From positions 416,001 to 480,000 of the forward strand of contig CAVXGR010000011.1 in assembly GCA_963761335.1 (NCBI GenBank): a stretch of DNA of 64,000 bases, read 5' to 3'. This DNA is from an uncultured delta proteobacterium. GTDB taxonomy: Bacteria; Desulfobacterota; Binatia; HRBIN30; BPIQ01. The notes beneath the pieces are model-generated. The model made no database searches and was not told the origin of the DNA. It saw only the letters and a program-made list of their open reading frames with translations. This document shows, in pieces, positions 27,281-36,912 of the stretch (the stretch's first letter is position 1; the number at the start of each line of letters is the position of its first letter). A program made the translations under genes and the position numbers.

Positions 27281-28796
27281 CTACCCGCCAGCGCCTTCCG
27301 ACGCCGCGCAGCGCCGGCGCTGGTCGCTGATCTGGGGACTGCTGGTCGCCAGCAGCGCAATCTACTTCCTCTCGGACAACACCGCCGACAACGACCTTTG
27401 GGTTCACCTGCGCGCCGGGCTCGACATTCTCTCGAGCGGCCGCGTGCCGCGACTCGACGCCTACTCGTACACCGTCGCCGGCCATGCCTGGGTCGATCAC
27501 GAGTGGCTGACACAGGCGGCCTTCGGCGCCGCCTTCCGCCGCTTCGGCTCGGCGGGGCTGATGGGATTGAAGCTGATCCTCGGCGGCGGCGCGGTGCTGC
27601 TGCTCGGCCGGCGCACGGCTCGCCGCAGCCGCAATCCACACGTCTGGGGGCCGCTGCTGATACTGGCGCTGGCGGTTCTCGCCCGCGGCTTCGCGGTACG
27701 GCCGCAGCTGACCACCTATCTTCTGGTCGCGCTTCTCCTCTGGCTGCTCGACCGGGCACCGCGCCGGCCGCGGGCCGTTGCCGCGGCGCTCGTCATCCTC
27801 TTCGTGCTGTGGGCCAATGCGCACGGCGCCTTCATTCTCGGCATCGGCATCAGCGGCCTCGCCGTCGCGGGAATGTGGACGGATCAGCGGCGGGTCGCCC
27901 TGTGGCTCGCGACGGCCACCGCGGCGGGGGCATTGCTGGCGCTCATGCTGAACCCCTATGGCCCCTCGCTCGCCACCTATCTCTGGCACGAGCTCAGCGG
28001 GCCACACCCGATCACCGAGTGGCAGCCGATCTCGTGGGAGCTGGCGCAGGGCACCTTTCTGGCCCTGGTGGCGGTCTTCGTGACCACCCTTCCCTTCACC
28101 GAGAGCTGGCGGCGCGACGGCTGGCAGGTGGCGCTGGCCGCGGGCCTGGTGGTCCTCGCCTTTCGCCAGCAACGGCACACGCCTCTCTTCGCGCTGGCGG
28201 TGACGCCGCTGGCGGCAGCGCAGGTCGACGCCGCGGTGCGCCGCTTCGCGGCGCCGCGACGGCGGCCGCTCTCCGCGGGTGCACGGCGACTCCTGATCGC
28301 CGGGATGGCCGGCATCGCCACCCTGCAGCTGCTGCTGGCCGGAGCCCGTCTGGGGCGCGACCACATGCAGCTGGTATTCGCCGCCGACGATTACCCGGTC
28401 GGCGCCGTGCGCTACCTGCGCCAATCCGGCGCCGGCGGCAATCTCGCCGTCCCACTGGAATGGGGCGCCTATGCGCTCTGGCATCTCGAGCCACACGTTC
28501 GCGTCTCCCTGGACGGACGCTTCGCCACCGTCTATCCCGCAGCCGTGGTGCAGACCAACTTCGCCTTCTTCGCCGGGCGCCCCGGCTGGCGGGCGCTGCT
28601 CGACGACTATCCCACCGACCTGGCGTTGGCGCCGGCATACGCGCCGCCTCCGGTGAGCGGCCTGCCCCGGTGGCGCCGCGCCTATTCCGATGCAGTCGCG
28701 GTTCTCTTCGTCCGCCGCGGCAGTGCCGCCGATGCGGCGCTCGTCGGCCCGCCCCCGGCACCGCCGCCGCGCGGCGCCGTGATGCCCTTTCCGTGA
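27270..28796 (+). CDS. Multi-pass membrane protein, possible GT-C fold glycosyltransferase
   Basis: DNDLWVHL, WVDHEWL, RPQ, WANAHG, NPYG, ITEW, SLDGRF; many TM segments. Confidence 0.7.
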   Translation: MASSYPPAPSDAAQRRRWSLIWGLLVASSAIYFLSDNTADNDLWVHLRAGLDILSSGRVPRLDAYSYTVAGHAWVDHEWLTQAAFGAAFRRFGSAGLMGLKLILGGGAVLLLGRRTARRSRNPHVWGPLLILALAVLARGFAVRPQLTTYLLVALLLWLLDRAPRRPRAVAAALVILFVLWANAHGAFILGIGISGLAVAGMWTDQRRVALWLATATAAGALLALMLNPYGPSLATYLWHELSGPHPITEWQPISWELAQGTFLALVAVFVTTLPFTESWRRDGWQVALAAGLVVLAFRQQRHTPLFALAVTPLAAAQVDAAVRRFAAPRRRPLSAGARRLLIAGMAGIATLQLLLAGARLGRDHMQLVFAADDYPVGAVRYLRQSGAGGNLAVPLEWGAYALWHLEPHVRVSLDGRFATVYPAAVVQTNFAFFAGRPGWRALLDDYPTDLALAPAYAPPPVSGLPRWRRAYSDAVAVLFVRRGSAADAALVGPPPAPPPRGAVMPFP

Positions 28797-28849
28797 GCCC
28801 CGCGGGCGGCGGCGAGACCGGGGGTCGAAGAGTCTGTCTCAAAACCAAA

Positions 28850-28899
28850 GTAGAAGCGCCGTCCCGGTGCTTTCCGAAGCGGCGAGACGCCGCTTCTAC
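28850..28899. repeat. GTAG-type REP doublet
   Basis: GTAGAAGCGCCGTCCCGGTGCTTTCCGAAGCGGCGAGACGCCGCTTCTAC; flanks are homologous to those of the 14365 copy. Confidence 0.85.
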
Positions 28900-29013
28900 C
28901 TTGGCCCGCGGAGCGCGGCCCGCCCGGAAGCATGCAGGCGCGCGCCACCATCTCGCATTGACACCGGGAGGCTGATAGGAAGCTCGAATGGACGACGAAG
29001 GGGCCGTAAGCCG

Positions 29014-30063
29014 ATGAAAGCCATCGTTCTCTGTGCCGGGCTCGGCACGCGGTTGCGGCCGTTGACGTTCAGCACGGCCAAGCACCTGATTCCGGTGGCC
29101 AACAAGCCGGTGCTGCACTACGGCATCCAATACATTCGCGAGGTCGGCATCCGCGACATCGGCATCATCGTCAGCAAGGAATCGTATCCGCTCATCAGCT
29201 CGGCGATCGGCGATGGCAGCCAATTCGGCGCCTCGGTCAGCTACATCGACCAGCCGGAGCCGCGCGGCCTGGCGCACGCCGCCGGCTGCGCCCGCGAGTT
29301 CATCGGCGACGAGCCGTTCATCATGTTTCTCGGCGACAACCTGATTCCCGAAGGCCTCAGCGGCCTGTCGCGCGGCTTCAACGGCGATGCCGACGCGGTG
29401 GTCATGCTCAAGGAGGTGGACGATCCGTCCGCCTTCGGCATCGCCGTGCTGCAGGGCGACCGCATCGTGCGGCTGATGGAGAAGCCGCGGGAGCCGCCGT
29501 CGAACCTCGCCATCGTCGGCGCCTACCTGTTCTCGCCGGAGATCTTCACGTCGATCGATCGCATCAAGCCGTCGTGGCGCAACGAGTACGAGATCACCGA
29601 CGCCATCCAGGACCTGATCGACCGCGACCTGATCGTGCGCCCCTACGTGGTGCACGGATGGTGGAAGGACACGGGAAAGCCCGAAGACATCCTCGAGGCA
29701 AACCGCGTCGTCCTCGACGAGCTGAAGAGCGAGAACCACGGGCAGGTGGACGGCACTTCGACCCTGCACGGGACGGTGTCGATCGGGCGCGGCTCGACGA
29801 TCAGCAACAGCACCATCAACGGCCCGGTGGCCATCGGCGAGGGCGTCTGCATCGAGAACGCCCAGGTCGGCCCCCACGTGGCGGTTGGCAACGGGGCTCA
29901 CCTCGTCAACTGCGAGATCCGCAACAGCGTGGTGATGGAGGAGACGGCAATTCGCGACGTCGGCCGGCTCCTCGAGGGATGCCTGATCGGCCGCAAGGTG
30001 CAGATCATCGGCGGCAGCACCGGCCGCTTAGTCGTCGGCGACCAGTGCCGCCTCGAGCTCTGA
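29014..30063 (+). CDS. Glucose-1-phosphate thymidylyltransferase, long form
   Basis: AGLGTRLRPLT, KHLIPVANKP, GDGSQFG, LGDN, EKP, EITDAIQ, WKDTG, C-terminal left-handed beta-helix. Confidence 0.92.
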   Translation: MKAIVLCAGLGTRLRPLTFSTAKHLIPVANKPVLHYGIQYIREVGIRDIGIIVSKESYPLISSAIGDGSQFGASVSYIDQPEPRGLAHAAGCAREFIGDEPFIMFLGDNLIPEGLSGLSRGFNGDADAVVMLKEVDDPSAFGIAVLQGDRIVRLMEKPREPPSNLAIVGAYLFSPEIFTSIDRIKPSWRNEYEITDAIQDLIDRDLIVRPYVVHGWWKDTGKPEDILEANRVVLDELKSENHGQVDGTSTLHGTVSIGRGSTISNSTINGPVAIGEGVCIENAQVGPHVAVGNGAHLVNCEIRNSVVMEETAIRDVGRLLEGCLIGRKVQIIGGSTGRLVVGDQCRLEL

Positions 30064-31047
30064 CGCGGCTACTCCCCGGTAGAGTACCCGTCCCTCCTCC
30101 TCCGCCGTCTGCACCTGCCCGAGGTGGATCAGATGCTGGAGATGGGCCATGGTCTCGAAGGTGGCGGGGAACTGCACGGTGAGCGGGCTGTCGATATCGA
30201 AGGAGAACGCCTTCGAGGCGATGGCGTAGGCGCTCATCGGACGGGTGCGGATCAGGTCCCACATCTCTCGCATCCGATAGCGGTGATGCTCGATGATCCG
30301 CCTGGCGCGCCGGCGGTGATCGCCGTAGACACCGCCATGCGCCGGCAGCACCAGATCGACGTCAAAGGGCTGCACCTTGCGCTGCGATTCCAGGAAGTCG
30401 CCCAGCGGATCCGGAGGCCCGCCGGGGAAGTAGCCGACGTGCGGAGTGATCTTCGGCAGCAGGTGATCGCCAACGATCATCAGCTTCTCCTGGGGCAGAT
30501 AGAGCACGCAGTGCCCGGGCGAATGGCCGGGGGTCCAGACGACGTGCAGCTCGCGGCGGCCGACACGGAGGACATCGCCGTCCTCCAGATACTGATCCGG
30601 CGGCGCGGTGACGTAGAGGCTGCTCCAGAACTCGTGCGGCGACGGAATGTGGGCAAAGCGCTCGACGGGGATGCCGCAGGAACGAAAGAAGACCGCGGCC
30701 TGCTCGGAGCGGATCTGCCGCGCAAAGGTCTGCGCCCGATCGTGCTCCAGCCGATGCAGATAGAGCGTCGCTCCGGTGAGCTCCTTGTGGGCGCGCGAGG
30801 CGCCGAAGTGATCGGGATGATGATGGGTACAGATGATCTGGCGGATCTGCTCGGGGGCGCAGCCCACCTCCTGCAGCGCCGCGCGGAAGGCGGCCAGGCT
30901 GTCGCCGCTGTTCATGCCGGTGTCGACGAGCGCCCACTCGTCGCCGTCCCGCAGGAGATAGACGTTGACGATGGTGGGCTTCATCGGCAACGGCAGGTGC
31001 AAGAGGAAGACGCCCGGGAGCAGCTCGCGGGTCTTCGCGTCGCTCAT
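30028..31047 (-). CDS. MBL fold metallo-hydrolase
   Basis: LVDTG, THHHPDH, TPGHSPGH, GDH, PAHG. Confidence 0.92.
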   Translation of the reverse strand: MSDAKTRELLPGVFLLHLPLPMKPTIVNVYLLRDGDEWALVDTGMNSGDSLAAFRAALQEVGCAPEQIRQIICTHHHPDHFGASRAHKELTGATLYLHRLEHDRAQTFARQIRSEQAAVFFRSCGIPVERFAHIPSPHEFWSSLYVTAPPDQYLEDGDVLRVGRRELHVVWTPGHSPGHCVLYLPQEKLMIVGDHLLPKITPHVGYFPGGPPDPLGDFLESQRKVQPFDVDLVLPAHGGVYGDHRRRARRIIEHHRYRMREMWDLIRTRPMSAYAIASKAFSFDIDSPLTVQFPATFETMAHLQHLIHLGQVQTAEEEGRVLYRGVAASELEAALVADD

Positions 31048-31083
31048 GCGGAGCGTCGCCGCGCGCGACGAGTCGCGCGAATT

Positions 31084-31296
31084 CTACTCATGCAGCTGGT
31101 CCTGGATCCCGAAGGTCACCTTGACGGTGACCCGCCACAGCGACACGGCGTTGTTCTCGACGTCGGCGGCAATGTCGGTCACCCGCACGCGGCGGATTCC
31201 GTCGATGGTGATACCGGCACGCGAGATCGCCAGCGCCACCGCGTCCTCGATGCCGTTCGCCGACGCGCCACTCAGCTCGATCGTCTTCTCGACCAT
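31084..31296 (-). CDS. Dodecin family protein
   Basis: KTIELSGASANGIEDAVALAISRAGITI...WRVTVKVTF, 70 aa. Confidence 0.85.
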   Translation of the reverse strand: MVEKTIELSGASANGIEDAVALAISRAGITIDGIRRVRVTDIAADVENNAVSLWRVTVKVTFGIQDQLHE

Positions 31297-31394
31297 GATT
31301 CCGGCACGGTAACCGCCGGGCGCGGCCGGGACAAGGGGCTGTTGGGTTGTCGCGCCACTGCTCGCCGATAGCCGAAGAGCCTTTCCTGACAACC

Positions 31395-31811
31395 TCAACC
31401 GGCAGCAATGCGGCGGGGATGAAAGACGATGAAGAGCGCCGCCAGGGCAAAGAGCAGTGGGACGTCGCCGGCGAGATGTGTCAGCTCGTGTGGCTGCGCG
31501 AACGCATCATAGGTCATGACGCCGCCGTGGAGGAGACTCGAGAGGATGGTGAAGTCGATGATGATGCTGTTCTTCAACGGATCCCGGGCACCGAAAATCA
31601 GACAGATGCCGAGGGCCGCGTACAGGGCGACGATCATCCTCTCGTACGCCGGATGTCCCCCAGGGTGGCCCCATTGGAAACCTGCGGGCCACACCCAGAA
31701 AGCAAAGGGCAAGAGCACAGTCATCGCCACGCCGGCGACGATCATCAGTACGGAGATCTGTCTCACCCTGCTATCGGCGATGCGGCCGCTGCCGGATGTC
31801 GTTGCGCTCAC
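31395..31811 (-). CDS. Small membrane protein (DUF6632-like)
   Basis: YERMIVALYAALG...RDP...SSLLHGGVM...HLAGDV; GTGA overlap with the upstream stop. Confidence 0.7.
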   Translation of the reverse strand: MSATTSGSGRIADSRVRQISVLMIVAGVAMTVLLPFAFWVWPAGFQWGHPGGHPAYERMIVALYAALGICLIFGARDPLKNSIIIDFTILSSLLHGGVMTYDAFAQPHELTHLAGDVPLLFALAALFIVFHPRRIAAG

Positions 31812-32230
31812 GTCGCTGCTGGTACGCAACGGCCGCCGTCGAAGCACTGTCCGGCGGGGCACTGGCAGACGGTCGTCTCGGCGCTGCTCTGCGGCGAGCA
31901 GCCGCAGGCACCGATCGCGCAGGTGTCGGGAAAGTCGCCGGCGCTGGCGCAGCACAGAGAGGTGGAGAGCGAGCCGCCGGCGTCCAAACACGCCTGCGCC
32001 AGCGCTGGCATGGTCGGCGTCGCGCTCGCCTCCGGCGTCGGGCTCGCGGTTGCTGCGGCGCTCGCGGTCGCCGAGGCGGTCGCCGTACGAGTCGCCATCG
32101 GCGGCGCGGCCGTCTCCGTGGCGGTCGCCGTCGGCGCCGGCACAGGCGAGATCCCTCCATCACAGCCACAGAGCACGAATGCCGAGAGCAATCCCGCGGC
32201 GCCAACTCGCCATAGCTTCACACCGAACAT
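31808..32230 (-). CDS. Lipoprotein with Thr/Ala linker and 10-Cys C-terminal domain
   Basis: AGGAGG SD, LCGC lipobox, C..CC..C..CGC..CQC..C..C. Confidence 0.75.
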   Translation of the reverse strand: MFGVKLWRVGAAGLLSAFVLCGCDGGISPVPAPTATATETAAPPMATRTATASATASAAATASPTPEASATPTMPALAQACLDAGGSLSTSLCCASAGDFPDTCAIGACGCSPQSSAETTVCQCPAGQCFDGGRCVPAAT

Positions 32231-32622
32231 GTCTCGCCTCCTGGCTCCAGCAATCGGATCAGCGCTCCGGACTCTGCAGCGGGTAGACCTGCCGCCATCC
32301 CGGCGCCGACGGCCATTCATAGCGCGAACTGCCGCCGCTGTCGATTCTGGCGCTGCGTCTGGAACTGCGGCGAGCGCTGTCCTAGCCTCCCGCCCGCACC
32401 ATCCTGTTCGCGGCGCGCACGGCGCGGGAGGACCGCACTCTGGCCGCAGACCTCCCCGGCTACCGCGACTACCAGTGCCAGGTGAAATGGCGGCTGCTTC
32501 CAGGGGTCTGGTAGGGCACTCCACCTGGGGCGTTGCCCCAGGGGGAATTTCGCCCCTTCGGGCGAGTCAGCGCAGCCGCCACCGCGGAGGGGGATCTCGC
32601 AGAGCGAGATCCCCCCACGCTC

Positions 32623-33033
32623 TCAGTTCTGCATTCCGCCGTTGGCGCTGTTGTAGCTGAAGACCTTGCCGGTGCCCTTGTCGGAGCTGGCGGTGCCGCT
32701 GAAGGCGGTATCGGAATCGCTGCTCATCTGCAGCGTGACTCCGCTCGAGATGTTGAGGCCCGGAAGTATCCCGGGAGATGCCGGGCCGGTGGTGGCGGGG
32801 AGATCGGCGTACTTCTCGAACGTCGAGAAGTATGCCTCCTCGGCCGTTGCGGCGTTGCGCAGGTCGGAGTTGGCGCGGGCGTCGAAGCCGCGCTGGCGGT
32901 ATGCGGCGTACTGCGGCACGGCCACGGCGGCAATGATGCCGATGATCGCCACCACCACCAGCAGCTCGATCAAGGTGAAGCCGAGCTGTCGTCCGGTGTT
33001 GGCGTCGCTTCTGTCTTCCTTGACGGTGCTCAT
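32623..33033 (-). CDS. Type IV pilin-like protein (prepilin cleavage/methylation domain)
   Basis: G^FTLIELLVVVAIIGIIAAVAVPQY; AAGGAGG SD. Confidence 0.92.
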   Translation of the reverse strand: MSTVKEDRSDANTGRQLGFTLIELLVVVAIIGIIAAVAVPQYAAYRQRGFDARANSDLRNAATAEEAYFSTFEKYADLPATTGPASPGILPGLNISSGVTLQMSSDSDTAFSGTASSDKGTGKVFSYNSANGGMQN

Positions 33034-33220
33034 GAGATCCCTCCTTGGTTGGTCTTGTCCTGATCGCGACGGCGAACGTCCTCGACCGCTGCCTGGAGGC
33101 CCGCGGGGCGGGCCGGGCGAATTCCATTTCGCGAGATCTCTTGCGCGCTGCATCCGTGCAGCCTTTCGGCGATGTCTTCGTCTAGACCGGCAATACCAGT
33201 CCGTCAATGCCCGATCGATG

Positions 33221-34147
33221 CTACTCCACCCTCTCCCACGAATCGGGCGGCAACAGGCTGGCGAAGAAGCCGGGCTGGATCAGGCCGGCGAGCAGCTCGG
33301 CGCTCTCGGCGATGCGCGGCCCGGGGCGATTGAGATACGCATTGCCATCGACGGCGTAGACACGGCGGTTGCGCACCGCCGGCAGCCGCGTCCACTGCGG
33401 CTGCGAGAAGAGGATCGGCAGCTCCGCCCTCGTCTGCGGCAGCTTGAAACCACAGGGCATCACCACCACCACATCCGGGGCGCTCGCCTGGAGCTCGTCC
33501 CAGCTGATCACGCGGCTGGCGGCGCCCGCTGCGACCAGGTCGTAGCGGCCGCCGCCGAGCTCGACCAGCTCGGGGACCCAGTTGCCGGCGACCATCAGCG
33601 GCTCGATCCACTCGATGCAGGCGACCCGCGGCCGACTGTGCAGATGCGGGTCGCGAGCTCGCAGGCGACCGAGGCGCTCTCTGATTCCCGCCACCAGCGA
33701 CTCTCCGGCGGCGGCGACTCCCGCCGCCGCCGCGACCCGCTGCATGTCCTCGAGAATGTCGCCGAGACGGGTGGGCCGCAGCGAGATGATCTGCACGTCG
33801 GGTCCCAGGCATTGCCGCGCCACCGCCTCCACCTCGGCGAAGGGCACGGCACAGACGTCGCACTGGTCCTGGGTGACGATCAGATCCGGTCGCAGCCTCT
33901 CCAGGACGTCGGTGCGGATGCGGTACACGCCGAGGCTGTCGGCGAGCAGGCGACGCACACCGGCGTCGATCTGCGCCGAGGTCTGCGAGGCGTCGACCTT
34001 CGCCTCGGTCAGCGCCGGCCGCCCGGCGATCTCGGCGGGGAAATCGCACTCGTGAGATACGCCCACGAGGCGATCGCCGAGCCCCAGCGCGCAGACGATC
34101 TCGGTGGCGCTGGGCAGGAGCGTGGCGATGCGCGGCCGAGCGGACAC
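33221..34147 (-). CDS. Cobalamin-binding/BtuF-like substrate-binding protein, no signal peptide
   Basis: RIATLLPSATEIVCALG..LVGVSHECDFP, PDLIVTQDQCDVC, MPCGF, NRPGPR. Confidence 0.88.
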   Translation of the reverse strand: MSARPRIATLLPSATEIVCALGLGDRLVGVSHECDFPAEIAGRPALTEAKVDASQTSAQIDAGVRRLLADSLGVYRIRTDVLERLRPDLIVTQDQCDVCAVPFAEVEAVARQCLGPDVQIISLRPTRLGDILEDMQRVAAAAGVAAAGESLVAGIRERLGRLRARDPHLHSRPRVACIEWIEPLMVAGNWVPELVELGGGRYDLVAAGAASRVISWDELQASAPDVVVVMPCGFKLPQTRAELPILFSQPQWTRLPAVRNRRVYAVDGNAYLNRPGPRIAESAELLAGLIQPGFFASLLPPDSWERVE

Positions 34148-35490
34148 AATGCCTCGCCGCGGCTCAGGCCTCGGCGGCCCAGGTGCGGCACGGCGCCGGC
34201 GCCGCCTGCCTCGCAGACGAGCGTGTGCGCCGTCGAGTCGCAAACGCGCACGCGCACCAGGTCCCCCGGCCGCCGATCGCCGGCGGGGAAGACGGCCGTC
34301 TTGAAGTGCGCCGTCTTGCCGGCGAGCCAGCCGTGCCGCCGGCGCGCCGGACCCTCGACGAGCACCTCGACTCTCGCCCCGAGCAGCCGCCGGTTGATCG
34401 CCGCCGAGACCGACTCCTGCAGCGCGATGATCTCCTCGAGGCGCCGCCCCTTCTCCTCCTCCGAGACGGAATCCCCCCACTTGAAGGCCTTGGTCCCTTC
34501 GCGGGCGGAGTACTTGAACATGAAGGCGCTGTCGTAGCCGATCTGCCGCATGAGCGCGCCGGTGGCGGCGAAGTCCACCTCCTCCTCGCCGGGAAAGCCG
34601 ACGATGATGTCGGTCGAAAGCGCGATTCCCGGCACGGCGCGGCGCAGGCGCTCCACCAGTCGGGCGTACTCCGCGGTGCTGTAGCCGCGCTCCATGCGCT
34701 CCAGCACCCGATCCGACCCCGACTGCAGCGGCAGGTGCAGCTGCGGGCAGACCTTGTCGCACTCCGCCATCGCCTCGATGACCGCGTCGCTCATGTCCGA
34801 GGGGTGCGGCGAGGTGAAGCGGATGCGCTCGATGCCGGAAATGTCGTTGGCGCGGCGCAGCAGGGTGGCGAAGTCGGCGGCGCCGTCGCCATAGGCGTTG
34901 ACCGTTTGCCCGAGGAAGACCACCTCGCGGTATCCGTCGGCGGCGAGCTGGCGCACCTCATCGAGAATGCTCGGCAGCGGCAGGCTGCGCTCGCGGCCGC
35001 GGACGTAGGGAACGATACAGAAGGTGCAGAACTTGTCGCAGCCGCGCATGATACTGATCCAGGCACGCACGCCCGGCTGGCGCTGCGGACGGATGTCGGC
35101 GTAGGTCTCGTCCCGCGCCAGGCGCACGTCGACGAAGGGATCTCCGGCGAGCATCTGCGGCAGGCGTCGATAGCTGTCCGGCCCGACGACGAAATCGAGG
35201 AACGGAACCCGCTCCATGAGACGCTCGCGGTGGTGCTGCGCCATGCAGCCGGTCAGGCCGATCTGCACCTGCGGGCGCTGCGCCTTGTGGCGCGCCAGCG
35301 CCCCGAGGCGGCCGATGACGCGATCTTCGGCGTGCTCGCGAATGGCGCAGGTGTTGAGGAGGATCACGTCGGCGCCGGCAGGATCGTCGGTGCGGGCATA
35401 TCCGGAGCCGCGCAGATGCCCGACGATCAGCTCGGTGTCCGCCAGGTTCATCTGGCAGCCGTAGGTCTCGATGTAGACGCGGAGCGACAT
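34009..35490 (-). CDS. miaB: tRNA-2-methylthio-N6-dimethylallyladenosine synthase
   Basis: TYGCQMN, NTCAIRE, GCMAQ, GCDKFCTFC, TSPHP, DIIVGFPGE, TRAM domain. Confidence 0.96.
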   Translation of the reverse strand: MSLRVYIETYGCQMNLADTELIVGHLRGSGYARTDDPAGADVILLNTCAIREHAEDRVIGRLGALARHKAQRPQVQIGLTGCMAQHHRERLMERVPFLDFVVGPDSYRRLPQMLAGDPFVDVRLARDETYADIRPQRQPGVRAWISIMRGCDKFCTFCIVPYVRGRERSLPLPSILDEVRQLAADGYREVVFLGQTVNAYGDGAADFATLLRRANDISGIERIRFTSPHPSDMSDAVIEAMAECDKVCPQLHLPLQSGSDRVLERMERGYSTAEYARLVERLRRAVPGIALSTDIIVGFPGEEEVDFAATGALMRQIGYDSAFMFKYSAREGTKAFKWGDSVSEEEKGRRLEEIIALQESVSAAINRRLLGARVEVLVEGPARRRHGWLAGKTAHFKTAVFPAGDRRPGDLVRVRVCDSTAHTLVCEAGGAGAVPHLGRRGLSRGEALCPLGRASPRSCPAPPRSSARWGSAIASWAYLTSAISPPRSPGGRR

Positions 35491-35561
35491 GGGCGTTGCG
35501 GTCTCCGAGGAGGCTGGTTATATAGCCGGCGCTCTCGGCCAGCTCAATCATGCCCCGACCG

Positions 35562-35738
35562 ATGGATTCTTTCGACCAGCTCGAGGCCTCGCTCCTCTTC
35601 TGCCCCACGTGCCGCCAGGCGATGCCGGTGCGCAAGCGCCTCCTCCTGGTGCTTCCCCAGGGCGACAAGTACGAGTACCTGTGCAGCCGCTGCGGCGCCA
35701 CCTGCGGCGACAAGATCGAGCCGCCGCCGCGGGTGTAA
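35562..35738 (+). CDS. Small zinc-ribbon protein (58 aa)
   Basis: CPTC...CSRC; fills the intergenic gap cleanly. Confidence 0.75.
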   Translation: MDSFDQLEASLLFCPTCRQAMPVRKRLLLVLPQGDKYEYLCSRCGATCGDKIEPPPRV

Positions 35739-35742
35739 CACC

Positions 35743-36604
35743 TCAAGCCCTCGCCCTTCGCGCATGCGGCATGGTGCGCAGCGGCGCCGGCAGGAACGGC
35801 AGGAGCGCGCGCGTCGAGAGCTCCACGGCGCCGAGACCGAGTCGCCGGGCCGGGCCCCAGGCCAGACCGTACCGGCGGCGTAGCGGTTCGGGAAGAAGGC
35901 CGGCGGTGAGGCTGCCGACCGTGCCCACTGCTTGGCGCAGGATCGGGGGCAGCGGCGGCGACAGCAGAGCCCGGGCGATGTCGCGGCTGCTCGGCCCGAC
36001 AGCGAGGATCGGGCCGTCGATCATGTCCCGCATGTAGGCTTCGAAGTCCACCCAGCGGCGCGGAATGCTCTCGTCCGGGATGCCGAAGAGCCGTGCGGTG
36101 ATCTTCGATTCGCGGTAGTAGCGAGCCCGCTCGGCACCGGTGAGCGGCGCCACGAAGCGCTGGTAGGCGACGAGAGCGGAGTCGACCAGGGTCGCGTGCA
36201 CCCAGAGGAGCAGCTCGGGATCGTCGGCGCGGTAGGGGGTGCCCGCCGGGTAGGGACCAACCGCCTCCGCGCAGGCGCCCGCGCACGCCGGCGTGCACCC
36301 GCTCGATGGCGCGCACGGCGCGCAGCGCCTCGACGCCGCTGCCGAAGGTGATGGTGAGGGTGAGGTCGAGAGTCCGCCACAGCCGCTGCAGCGGGTCGCG
36401 GCGGAAGTCACTGTGCTCGGCGACGCCGGCAGCGACCAGCGGGTGAGCGACCTGCAGGAGCAGGGCGCGCATGCCCCCCAGCAGCAGAGCCGCCTCGCGA
36501 TTGATGCGCCAGGTGAGCGTCCCGGGTCCGAACAGACTCTGCTGCGCATCGATCCGCCGCCGCCCGAGCGCGCCCCGCAGGCGCTCCAGATCTTCTTCCC
36601 CCAT
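35743..36604 (-). pseudogene. Oxygenase MpaB/DUF2236 family gene with a single frameshift near 36270
   Basis: N-half (FGPGTLTW, ALLLQVAHP, RL.RT, VH) and C-half (YRADDPELLLWVHATL) lie in different frames. Could be a sequencing error. Confidence 0.85.
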
Positions 36605-36649
36605 CCCCGTGATGTTAACTCGAAAGGCGGGACCGCGACCAGCGGAGAC

Positions 36650-36813
36650 GGGGTGTTGAGGTGTTGGGGGTTGAGGTGTTGGGCTGCGGGTCTGGTCCGT
36701 CGCCACATGCGGGCTCGGTGATGGTAGCCGGGGGTTTCAGATGCTGTCTCAACACTTCAACACCCAACACCTCGAACACCTCAACACCCGGACACCCAAC
36801 ACCTTCGACACCC
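36650..36813. repeat. Inverted tracts of 7-8 bp tandem repeats (GGTGTTGA / TCAACACC)
   Basis: A GTGTTG run followed by a CAACAC run, between divergent genes. Confidence 0.85.
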
Positions 36814-36861
36814 CATCCTCCCCTCCCCTGCGGCCAGGATGGCCGCGCTCCCAGGGGGTAC

Positions 36862-36899
36862 TTGACGCAAGGATCACCTTTGCGTATCTTGGACACTAA
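36862..36899 (+). promoter_or_regulatory. sigma70 promoter of nadA overlapped by a candidate NrtR operator
   Basis: TTGACG-N17-TATCTT; the 21-mer TTTGCGT-ATCTTGG-ACACTAA (36879-36899) carries the GT-N7-AC core. Confidence 0.75.
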
Positions 36900-36912
36900 G
36901 TTGGAGGTGCCC

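Noticed and set aside
32490..32512. SRP RNA (minus-strand GGAAGCAGCC)
   Set aside because: The preceding CAGGTCCGGAA tetraloop stem of SRP domain IV is absent.
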